In this document: positions 52,520 to 64,000 of the stretch, in pieces | Position numbering within the stretch: the stretch's first letter is position 1 | Layout: every line of letters begins with the position of its first letter | Origin: Octopus sinensis | Lineage: Eukaryota | NCBI RefSeq assembly: GCF_006345805.1 | Contig: NC_043001.1 | Coordinates: 86,180,001 to 86,244,000, forward strand | Length of the DNA stretch: 64,000 bases | Direction: 5' to 3' | Notes under the pieces: generated by a model | What the model was told of the DNA's origin: nothing | Database searches by the model: none | The model's input: the letters and a program-made list of their open reading frames with translations, nothing else | Translations under genes and position numbers: made by a program

Positions 52520-54400
52520 TTTTCCCATACATTCAACAGATTAGACTGTTGGAATAGAAACAATCCTACATCGGACTACAACAAGTAACCTTAGCTGCCA
52601 AGGACCATCCTAACTATCCTAGCTGTCCCTAATAACACTGTTTTCTGGAGCTGTACTAAAGTGGGTTTTATGACTATTTCCTCTATCCATTTGTTCAGGT
52701 CTTTAAGGATATTCCAAATGCACATATAACTATTGGGATACATTTTACCTACACTTTCCATAGTCTCTGTAATTCAATGGCTAGGTCCTGGCACTTTGAT
52801 ATTTTTCTATCTTCTCATATTAATATTTTCATTATTTGGGACTGTAAAGTCAATTATCGGGCCCTTTCTATTCTCTTTATCTACTACTACCAAATCAGGC
52901 CTTCTAGCTTCTATTACTCTGTCAGTCTGAAATTTGAAATCGCACATCTTTTACTTCTTAATTTCTAGTACTTTGCTAGGTTCATATTCATACCATTAAT
53001 CAGTATGGTCAGATCCTAGCTTTCTACATAGCTCCCAGTGAGTTACTCTGCCTAGATTGTCATGTCTTTTCTTGTATTCTTTCTGTGCCAGCATGCTGCA
53101 TTCACGTACTTGGTGAGTAACGCTTTCCTCCTTTAATTTACATTATCTACTTGGTTTTTGTTTATCTTGTTTTTTATCCAATTAGTTCTTAATGCTTGAT
53201 CTTGTGCAGCTACTAAATAAACTTTCTGTCTCCCTCTTCAGCTTTCCTTTCTGCAATCTTAACCATGTCTCACTACAACTATTTGCTGCAACTATCTTTG
53301 GGAATCTGCCATGTAACACCTTCTCCTGCCAGTCAGATATTTTATATTCTTTTTTTTCTGGTTTTTAACTTCGTTTGGGTTTTTGGATTCCCTGTTTTGC
53401 CGTGACTCTAGCAGCTTTTAAAAGCCATTCTTCACTATTATCTACACAGAAGACTATATCTACTCTAGCTACCTCCACGCAGTCTTCTACTGATATTAAC
53501 CCTCTTCTGCCTTCCTTTCAAGGCAGGTATAATCTTGCTACTCTAGCCCTGGGGTGGAGTCCTCCATTCATATTGAATTCCTTCCTAGTTCGCCTGTCTA
53601 GCTTTGCAATTTTTTGTCCAATTTAGAAAAGCTGTTGGGTATCTAAGTAATGATACTACCCAAGTATTTACAGCTTTGACATCATTAGCTTCCTCACCCT
53701 TCCGATGTACTCTTTCTCAATTTTCGTCTTCCTTTCTGTGGTTAATACCCTATCAAATTGTAATACTCCTAGATACTCTCCTCCTTTTAATGATTTTAAT
53801 GCCTGACCATCTGGTAATTGGGTGCCTTCACTGTTGACTAACTGTCCTATTCTCGTGCCTAACATTGCACATGTATCTATGACAAATTCCATGCCTATAT
53901 CTTTGCAGAAGAGTCTTACAGTCTGTATTAAGAATCTATCTCTTTTTTCATTCTTACTAAAAAAAACTTCAGATCAACCATGTAGAGCAAATGTTTAATT
54001 TTTCCCTTACTATTTCTGAACTGATACCCAGCCTTTGCCTCCCTTAATACTAAACAGAGGGGGATCAAACATACGACAAATATTAAAGGGGATAACGAGT
54101 CCCCTTAGAAAATGCATCTTTACTGCACCACTGAGGAGCGAGAGGCCTTCCCTTAACGTTACAGTTTCCTTTCCGCTGTTACAATCAGAAATTATTTGGA
54201 AACTCATGTCTCTCTTAAACTGAGATCTACTTTCCATTTCTTCATGCTACAGCTAATCAACTCTCTTATGTTGTCTCTTATGCTGAATATACTCAAACAT
54301 TCACTTATCTATGAGAATGTAGCGAGTGAATGGGCCTGCCCTGAGCATATGTTTGTAGTTGAGAGACAATGAAACGAAAAAATTCAACTGCCCCAAAAGT
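52150..54400 (-). mobile_element. Second R4/Dong-like LINE family, 3' part (RT C-terminus + RLE), decayed; 3' end at (ACT)n
   Basis: ORF 53668-53892 (YLGVLQ...EKEYIGRVRKL); minus-strand ..DLAIELQRLWK..IPIVI motif near 52750; last ~225 bp present twice. Confidence 0.75.
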
Positions 54401-54664
54401 CAGGGTTTCCATGTTGTTTTATAGGGATTTCTATGAGCAGCCCTCGAACGTCTCACCCTTATTGAGGATTACACGCTGTTGATTTCTTTCTTTCCTTCTT
54501 TATTTATAATTTTGTAAGTTTTGTTTACAGGCAAAACCTTCACAACACACACTCATACACATGCACACACACATTCTTTGTTTTGTCTCGTACTGTCCAT
54601 AATGTTTTCATTAATATAAACCCTTGTGGTTAATAAAGAAATCATTATCACTATTATTATTATT

Positions 54665-55219
54665 GAATGAGAAAGCAGTGCATGCCATCAAAGTAACACT
54701 GGGGTAAAATATACAAAGCCCAGTATACCCATCATGACTACCCGTCTGATAAGGTTACACCAGGCACATGCATCACAATCATATGTGCGCGATATAGTGA
54801 TCTCATTTCAAGATAAACAGCACATGACCTTGCAGGTGTGGGCCCAGTTAGAATTCTCTTCATGTCGATTAGCCCATCTCGTTCAAAATGTCCCTGAATA
54901 AGGGTGATTTAAGGATGTTGAACAGAATACCCATGTTTCCAAAGGATAATTATCCAAACTCCAAAGAATTCCTCTCAACATATGGCTATGATGATCCCCC
55001 ACTACTTCTGCTCGTGATCAGGGATGCGCATATCGTCAGCCACTAAGGGACATGCTCTACTGGTTATGGTCAAACAACTGACAAGCAAATCTGTGGTACT
55101 GGGCAGAATACTTGCTGTATCCCATCTTTTATACCAAGACAAAACAATGTACATGACAACTCTCCCAATGAGTTAAGATCAGAAGCCATGAGATCCATTG
55201 CCTGGTGCTGCATCAGGGC

Positions 55220-55222
<3 letters not shown>
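54665..55222. repeat. Unclassified interspersed repeat flanked by (ATT)n
   Basis: GC-richer block bounded on both sides by ATT tracts; resembles a common Octopus repeat (memory only). Confidence 0.45.
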
Positions 55223-55290
<68 letters not shown>

Positions 55291-55419
55291 CTTTAGTAGA
55301 TCATATATCCGAAGAAGCACAAAGCACGTTCTAAACGCTATAGCCGTAATGTATTTATAGGGAGTTAAGTTATTTATAGGCAGGTCATAGAGTGACCAAT
55401 GGTTTTGCACCTTAGAAAT

Positions 55420-55535
55420 TTTATATAGGCTATAATGGACACAGGTTCGTGTGTCATATAGCTAGTTAGAGGCGATGGCAGCTTTCCTCCTATATTTATG
55501 GACTGCCATATTAGCATGGTGGTAAATGTTAATAT
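55420..55535. repeat. Dispersed repeat shared, inverted, with 62160-62285
   Basis: ggacacaggttcgtgtgtcatata.ctag.tagaggcgatgg...tatttat.gactgccatattagc occurs at both sites. Confidence 0.8.
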
Positions 55536-55690
55536 CTAGTACCGCTGCCGTAGTCACCTTTAGAGAGACTTAGAAATAATATTATATATACAATACCTCT
55601 GCATATCTCACGCCTATTTTCATTCCACCACTTCACTCTCTATTTCATATCTTCTCTAGAATAACTATTGCTTGACCATTTTCTCGCACC

Positions 55691-55738
55691 GTCTCCGATG
55701 AAGGGATATATAAAATATCCTGGAAACAGCTGTAAGAC
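55691..55738 (+). ncRNA. Variant type I hammerhead candidate in a Penelope-like repeat (55590-55970)
   Basis: GTCT-CCGATGA-A-GGGATAT..ATATCCT-G-GAAA-CAGCTG-TA-AGAC; palindromic stem III ACAGCTGT. Confidence 0.6.
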
Positions 55739-56714
55739 ATCCTATTTATAAATGTTCTGAAATCTTTCACTAACCTTGGATTTTTATCTCATTCTGTTAA
55801 CTTTTTATATATATACATGCTAATATATGACCTTCGTTGGACTCCTCATTCGCATACTCACCGAACATGGAGCTCAACTATAGTCTGTCCATGGCACTTA
55901 CTCAGCATTACCTGACACCTTTGGATCTTCTTCACACCATTGCCTCTCATAACCTATATATGTATATATATATGTCTTTGGGTGTGTGTGTATTTAAAAA
56001 TGCAGAAGATGTTTTACGAGACCAGTCAAGTTGGGGGTTCCATTTCGAGCCACTTGCCCAACGAGTATTTCTGCCAAATGTGGTGAAAATCCATTCTGTC
56101 GTTTTCCAGTAATTTTGCAAATACACAGACATACAGACTAAAACGAATGATTACAATACACTGCATTCATTTGCGGACGCAGAGTAATATATGAATTGAA
56201 ATCGAACCGGTGAGTGTGTTAGATAATAAGGTCTTAAGACATGACACTCTCCAGACACAACAGAATATAATCGTGAGCAACAAACTACCGTGTTCTGTTC
56301 TATGTGCTTTTGATGACTAAAATCGAACGCATCATCATTTATATAGTTTGTCATTCTCATCCCCAAAGTAATTGTGTTTGTTTTTCCACGTGCTATATAT
56401 TTAGTACTACATATCAAGTATAGGTTAGTTAGTGCCATGGAGTTAATGTCATATTTATATGACTCACTCATCATCGAAGAATCCTTTAGAAATGTACAGT
56501 TTCATCGTCCCTTCTTCTTCTTCTTCTTCTTCTTCTTCTTCTTCTTTTATATTATTATATTATTATTATATTATTATTATTATATTATTTTATTATTATT
56601 ATTATTATTATTATATACATACATACATACACACACACACAAATATATATATATATATATAAAATATAAATGTATACACACATATATATATACATATAAC
56701 ATATACATATCAAT

Positions 56715-56778
<64 letters not shown>

Positions 56779-57068
56779 TTTATGTATATATATATTATCA
56801 AAGGTGAAGAAACAACGTACTCCGAAGGGATTTAAAGGTAACGTAATCTAAGAGTAGAGAAAGAAATCCATGAATCGAATACTCGAAATGAGTTGGAAGG
56901 ACCTGGACGGCCCGTGTGAGCGAGCGATAAATAGTCAATTGAAATATACAAACAATTCAAATAAACGAAAAAAAAACAGACAACATGTGGATAGACTTAA
57001 GAAATGTTTCAGCATTTTAACTACACGCGTGCTGCTGGCGATTTTCTTCTTTGGACTTTCACTTTTTC

Positions 57069-57102
57069 TTTTCCGACGAAGAGCTATGCTCGAAGCGTCA
57101 AA
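57069..57102 (+). ncRNA. Minimal hammerhead candidate in a repeat with inverted ends (about 56945-57195)
   Basis: TTT-CCGACGA-A-GAGC tat GCTC-GAAG-C GT C-AAA; A15.1 is replaced by G. Confidence 0.5.
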
Positions 57103-57210
57103 CACACTCTTTTTTTACCGAGCGTCATGCTAATAATATATTTCGTATGCACGTCGACATGTTGTCCGTTTTTATTCGATTAATTGAATTGTTTCTTTAT
57201 TTGAATTGAC

Positions 57211-57249
<39 letters not shown>

Positions 57250-57274
57250 GCGTTCGCGCGTGTGTATATGTTGC

Positions 57275-57816
<542 letters not shown>

Positions 57817-57819
57817 ATA

Positions 57820-59290
57820 CGAGGAACGTTCAAAAGTATGTAACTTTGTATTTTTCCGCCGAAAGTAATGCATACATACACACATACACATAAGTACACA
57901 CACATATTTAGGGTACTTCGAAAACGTAAATATATTTTTAACAACTGGTAACTGAATTTTTATTTCTGTTTACACTTAACCCATTACAGAAAAAAAAATG
58001 AATAGTGTCAGACTAAGCATGGAACGAAGGAAATTTATCCATAAGGGCTACTGAAAGTTTCAAAACACCGCCGAAGTTCGAAAACAGTTGGGGGGGGGGG
58101 GTTCAAACACCTACTGTCATTTGAATTACAAATAAATTTCTGAAAGATGGAATTAATCCTTATGTCCTCAAGAAAAATCCCGGAAGACGCGCACATCCAT
58201 CTCCGAGCAGTCAAAATAAGAAATGGCACTAGAAACGTATTGCCAGAGCTTAAGAAATCGGTGCATCACGCGTGGAGTGAGATATAATTTCATAATCAAA
58301 CATCCATTATATTCTGAAGCACTGTCACTGAAAACGCTACACCACAAGCGTAGTTTATGTTCTCAATGAAGATGATCTGAACCGAAGAATGCTATTTTGT
58401 GAGAAGTACCTCGTAAGATGTGTAGATGTTCATTTTTCGATAAAGATTGTTTCGAGCAATGATGTTATATTTACATTAATTACTGTAAATGTAACTCTTT
58501 ATTATTTAGTTATGAGTCCTTAACTTTGCTTAAACGAAGCAATATCTACATTGTCACAAAATCCTTAAAAATTGTACTTTTCAGTTTAATTTTTGTTTTG
58601 TAACACGAGTTTTATGATTATTACTAAAGGTTTGGAGTATAGAAATCTAATTTCATTTCAGTCATGGATATTGTTTTTAACACAAATATCACATGATGAC
58701 CATAACTAGTGGGGATCAAATAATCATATTACGAAGGAAAATCATGCTACCAGAATTTATAATATAGAGTGGTTTATTACCCACTTCTTTGAGGTTTGTG
58801 TCACAATCTTTCGTGTCATTCTTTGAAGAGAGTTTTGAATAAAAGGAGTTTGTTTGCAGCAGTATGTGCCATAGTAGTGTAAGAGCCTAGTTTGATGAGG
58901 TTTTTCCAAATATGTGAATTGGAGGAAGAGCTTCATTTGAATATCTCCCGCGTTCACCGGACCTCATAACACTGAACTGTTTTTTATGGATACTGAAAGA
59001 CAAAATTTAGGGTACAGATACTTAAAAACAAAATTTTGGGCACAGAACCAGAGACGTCCGACGAATTGACACCAGCCGTTGAACGAAAGGGTTTCTTCAT
59101 GTTTGTGATAACATTTCTTCGCTTTATCAGCAGTGCTTGAAAACAGAAAGATCATCAAATCGAAAACCGGCATTCATGAAAAGAAGTAAATTCTGTCCTG
59201 CAGATCCTATTAAATTTTGAAAATGTAACGTATTTTGATAAACACTACCTTTATAATCATTCAATGTATGTAGACATTTTTGGTACCACC
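57820..59290 (+). mobile_element. Decayed Tc1/mariner superfamily element
   Basis: ATG at about 58020 giving MERRKFI..Y.KFQNTAEVRK; at about 58935 LPRSPDLITLNCFLW..LKDKI resembles WPPRSPDLTPLDFFLWG.LK. Ends are uncertain. Confidence 0.6.
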
Positions 59291-59349
59291 TCTCTCTCGC
59301 CCCATACACACATACGCACGCACACATATACACATACATATTCTTATTT

Positions 59350-59945
59350 GTTCATTTGTCGTTGTCCACGATGACCAAGGACATCACATGGGTGAAGAAG
59401 ACGGGGCACGGTGATTCCGGCTATGGCCAATCACTCCAATGCATGCTCGGAAAGCTCTGCTGCAGGTCAGGCATTGGTGATCTGCTGGGATTGAAGGCGA
59501 GCAGTTGGCCCTGGACTTGCGCATTTCGCGTTTTTTTTGTGCTCCTGCAATTCTGTTCTCTTTGTTGGCAGTTGGTACATCTTCACCAGGCTGTGAGGCT
59601 TTGAGTATATCTTTGAAGCGCTTTTTCTGTCTACCTTGCATGCGCTTACCTTCTACATATACACTGTAAAACAATCTGTTAAGGAGTTGTGTGTCAGGCG
59701 ATTCAACAAGTTTGCCTGCCCACTTGACTTGCGTTCTCCTCAGCATCATGTAGATACGTGACTGATCAGCTCGAGAGAAGATGTCCATATCTGGGACCTT
59801 GTCTTTCCAGGTAATTTTCAACAGCTTTGTAAGACAGTTCATGTGGAAGTAGTTTAGGTTTTTGGTGTGGCGTTCATAAACCGTCCAAGTCTCGCAGGCA
59901 TACGGAAGAGAAAGGTAATAAAATTACTTGATACACCGTCAATTT
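59350..59945 (-). mobile_element. RTE-clade LINE 3' fragment with C2H2-like zinc finger
   Basis: LPYACETWTVY..H...L..FH, ITWKDKVP, WAG, GKR.QGRQKKRFKD, CLTCSRAF...GHSRNH (ORF 59384-59842). Confidence 0.85.
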
Positions 59946-60019
59946 GGTAGCTTATATATATATATATATATACAATTAACAAAATGGGATACAACTCCAA
60001 GGCTGTGAAAGATTTCAGA

Positions 60020-60428
60020 ACATTTAGAAAGACAGCTGTTTCCGGGATATCTTATATATCCCTTATATCCCTTCATCGGAAACAGTGCGAGAAAATGGTC
60101 AAGCAATAGTTATTCTGGAGAAGATATGAAATAGAGATTGAAGTAGGGGAATGAAAACAGACGTGAGATTTGCAGAGATTTTGCAGATACAGTATCCCTG
60201 CATATCTCACGCCTATTTTAATTCCTCCACTTCACTCTCTATTTCATATCTTCTCTAGAATAACTATTGCTTGACCATTTTCTCGCTCCATCTCCGATGA
60301 AGGGATATATAAAATATCCCGGAAACAGCTGTAAGACTTTCTCTTTATAAATGTCCATAGCACTTACTCAGCATTACCTGACACCTTTGGATCTTCTTGA
60401 CACCATTGCCTCTCATAACCTATATATG

Positions 60429-60430
<2 letters not shown>
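60020..60430. mobile_element. Penelope-like repeat with inverted duplication; hammerhead candidate at 60291-60336 (+) and a decayed copy at 60032-60080 (-)
   Basis: 60195-60430 is homologous to 55590-55970; 60030-60165 is the reverse complement of about 60220-60335. Confidence 0.65.
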
Positions 60431-60497
<67 letters not shown>

Positions 60498-60571
60498 ATT
60501 GATAAATGCAGAAGATGTTTAACGCGACTAAAGAATATATTTAAATCGTCATTGCAAATGTATTATATAAT

Positions 60572-60830
60572 ACTAGCACTATGACCCGGCGTTGCCGGGT
60601 CGTAGTGCTAGTGCATGCATATACAGCTGCGTGCGTGCGCACATACACGCGAGTACTGTCCAAATCCCCGACCAATCACATATAGCTAGCTGGCGTTCAA
60701 TTGGCGTATCAAGTTTCATGCATTTTGATTGGGTTTTGGATAGAAAATTCACAAAAATGTCATTTATATTGATTTTTTATTGCCTTTACAGGGTGACTGG
60801 GGAAATGTAAAGATGTAAAGCACTAAGCCT
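60572..60830 (-). mobile_element. Helitron 3' portion, same family as 41325-42117
   Basis: 41-nt hairpin actagcactatgacccggc-gtt-gccgggtcgtagtgctagt matches the 42079-42118 terminus. Confidence 0.65.
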
Positions 60831-61337
60831 TGCAGACGGCTCGACGGACTCTAATAGCAACTAGTATTCTATTGACCCCGAAAGGATAAAAGCCGCAGTC
60901 AACCTGGGCGGAATTTAAACTCAGAACGTAAAGGCGTACGAAATGCTGCTCATCAAATTTTCCGACGAGCAAATGATTCTGCCAGCTTACCAACTTAAGG
61001 AGAAATTAAATATTAACTTTATGAAAGAGAAAACAGTACTATACCCAGTATTAAAATTGATATCAACAGGTATTCATCAACAAGCAGACATTAAACATGT
61101 TTGTTAAACAAAATCATTAGTTTCGTAAATTTATTTTAAAATATACTGATTTAAAAGTGAAACAATTTATTATAAAGAAAATAACTAATTGTATTAAAAG
61201 CAGCAACTTTGAAACGTAATGTATAATATATACTTGAAATATATGCCTTGTTTAGATTTTGTTTCAGGATATGATTATGTTTTGTCATGAGGGATTTATT
61301 TGGTCACTGCACAAAAGCGATACTCCCTCTGACTTTG

Positions 61338-61382
<45 letters not shown>

Positions 61383-61411
61383 CATATCCTGAAACAAAAT
61401 CTGAACAAGGC

Positions 61412-61530
<119 letters not shown>

Positions 61531-61645
61531 ATATATGCCTTGTTTAGATTTCGTTTCAGGATATGATTATGTTTTGTCATGAGGGATTTATTTGGTCACT
61601 GCACAAAAGCGATACTCCATCTAACTTTGTAACATCATACATATA

Positions 61646-61688
<43 letters not shown>

Positions 61689-61727
61689 CAGTTCTAGTCC
61701 TGTAGAAGCTCCTTCTATAAAATAATA

Positions 61728-61786
<59 letters not shown>

Positions 61787-62116
61787 TGACGCATATTTGC
61801 CATTTGAATATGGCTAACCCATAAGGGTGGATGCTACTGTAGTTTGTAGCCCCAGGAAGATATCTCCTCCAGCTGGCTATAGACACACTATCTGTGTCCT
61901 CTCAGTATTTGTGAAGGGGAGTCATCCTCCCGTCTTCAACTCATGATACACACATACCCAAGTTTCAAGGTGTTTACCTTCATCAGCGTGTGACAATCAG
62001 GGTTGTCGACGAGAAGTCAGATCCCTTCACAAATACATATACTTTTTCCAGTGTCGATTGACACTGATATTGAAAAAGTGAAAATATATGTATAAAAGTG
62101 AAAATATATATATATG

Positions 62117-62162
<46 letters not shown>

Positions 62163-62507
62163 CAGTTATCGCCAAGCTAATATGGCAGTCTATAAATATA
62201 GGACGAAAGCTGCCGTTGATTAGCTCCAAAAGGCCATCGCCTCTAGCTAGTTATATGACACACGAACCTGTGTCCATTATAACCTTCGAACAGTTCGAAG
62301 GTCAACTCCTATATATTTAATATCTTATTCATTTAACATTTTTGTATTTTAGAAATCCATTACGCTTATACTGCATATCTAAAAACGATAATGCGAAACT
62401 CAAAGTAACGTCTTAATTACAAATATTATTAATATTGAATTTACAAATGCAGTGAACTGGCTCTGTGTATGTGTGTGTGTGTATGTATGTGTGTGTGTGT
62501 GTGTGTC

Positions 62508-62551
<44 letters not shown>

Positions 62552-62815
62552 TGTGTGTGTCTGTGTGTGTGTGTGTGTGTGTGTTTCTTTGTGCTTATGA
62601 TCTGTCTGTCCCCTCTAACGTTTGGAAATGATTCCTGGTTAGAGTTATACAGAACAAGTCCTCCCTAGAGATATAATTCTTCAGAATTTACCACCATATA
62701 TTTCGAGCATACTTTGGCCTTCATATAATCACTATAATCATCGATTTGACCAGTCAAGTTGGGGGTTCCAAAAGGGCCTATCAGATTTCAACTGAGTTTT
62801 TAGAACAGAAGTATT

Positions 62816-63972
62816 TGAGGTGGTATCAAAACGTTCTAGTCATGTTTTAAAAAAATAACTTATTTACCTAAGTATTAATATCATCTTCTTCGAAATAGTC
62901 ACCTTGCGCAGGAATACCCCAGTCCAGCAGTATTTCCAATTTTGGTATCCAGCCTAGCAGTCGTTTTCCATAAGCGAGTCGAGAACCTTCTATGTTTCAC
63001 TCTGAATCTCCCCAACAGTGTTAACACGGCGATTTTAAGCTGCATTTTAATCTTGGGGGAAGAGATGGAAGTCCGCAGGTGCTAAATCTGACAAATAGGA
63101 TTGGTGTTGAAGAGATAACACGTTGTTTTTGACGAGAAACTTACAAGTAAGGAGAGATTCGTGGCAGAGTGCATTGTCGTCGTGAAGAATCCAATTCTTC
63201 ACGCTCCACAGATCCGGTTGTTTTCGCCGAATGTCCTCCCATAGACGCTTCAAAACGTGGTAATAGAATTCCCGATTCACGGTCTGGCTATGAGGGACGA
63301 ATTCTCGATGCAAACTATAGGGGATGAAGAAAAAAGGATGAGCATCGACATGAAGGATGGGTCATTAGCAGCACGCTGACAGAGATTTTGAGATCTTCAA
63401 AGCCAAGTACTTTCTACTTAGTGGTCAGCAAACGGGGTACGAACTTGGCAGAGATACATCAACCCATACGACAGACCTATACGGACCCATATGACAGACC
63501 AACAACATCAGAAATGCCGTTGATTGTCCTCCGACGATTCTCATGCACAAGCCGGTGAATTTTTCTCCACATTTCTGGGGATATCACTCGTGACAAATCT
63601 TCCAGAACGCTCATCATTTTACAACGAGATTCTTCCGCTTTTGAAGCGTCCGTTCCACTCAAAATATTACGTATGACTCATTGCCTCGTCGCCGTAAACT
63701 TGCCGAAGCATATCCAAGATCTCTGTAGCAGGCTTCTCAAAGTTAACGCAAAATTTCACGTTGGACCTTTGTTTCTGTCAATGACAAAATTGCAGACTAC
63801 AGATTAAGCGTGATCACAGAAACGCTAATTTCACAACTTGTGAATACAGCGATGTCACTCGATACACACTGCCTTTTGAAGGTCACCGCTAGCTCTCACT
63901 GGGCACGGAACTGTGTGTTGCCGTCTGTTGGCACGCTACAAACTATTATTGTAACTTTTTGATACCACCTCG
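62816..63972 (-). mobile_element. Mariner element, 1157 bp, defective transposase
   Basis: TIRs (t/c)gaggtggtatcaaaa; ORFs 63477-63662 and 63047-63313 (HREFVP..TVNREFY..VLKRL...WILHDDNA..H...SDLAPADFHLFP). Confidence 0.92.
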
Positions 63973-64000
63973 TATATAAACATATTTAAAATAACAGCGT

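Noticed and set aside
56026-56045. 20-bp ccagtcaagttgggggttcc shared with about 62750
   Set aside because: Probably a transposon-end remnant; too short to classify.

Overview
An AT-rich, microsatellite- and transposon-dense eukaryotic window. The two abundant tRNA-derived SINE families look like those of Octopus genomes (recognised from memory, not searched). One + strand gene runs through at least 0.5-49 kb: the 3' part of an inter-alpha-trypsin-inhibitor heavy-chain-like (ITIH; VWA) gene whose 5' end lies upstream. Four conventional exons (488-7302) encode the VWA domain with an intact MIDAS and the FVTPLTSMVV motif. After them the gene becomes a chain of 13 in-frame, phase-1/1 microexons of 12-30 nt (11.5-41.2 kb), a (KPTTTG)n exon, a further 24-nt microexon and a Cys-containing exon. 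Many of the microexons arose by tandem duplication of exon+intron cassettes and show births and deaths within the window. The introns hold a Dong/R4-like LINE abutting (AAT)n, other LINE fragments, Tc1/mariner elements, Helitrons, long foldbacks, and Penelope-like repeats carrying candidate hammerhead ribozymes with palindromic stem III. Nothing here is prokaryotic: no CRISPR, rRNA or true tRNA.
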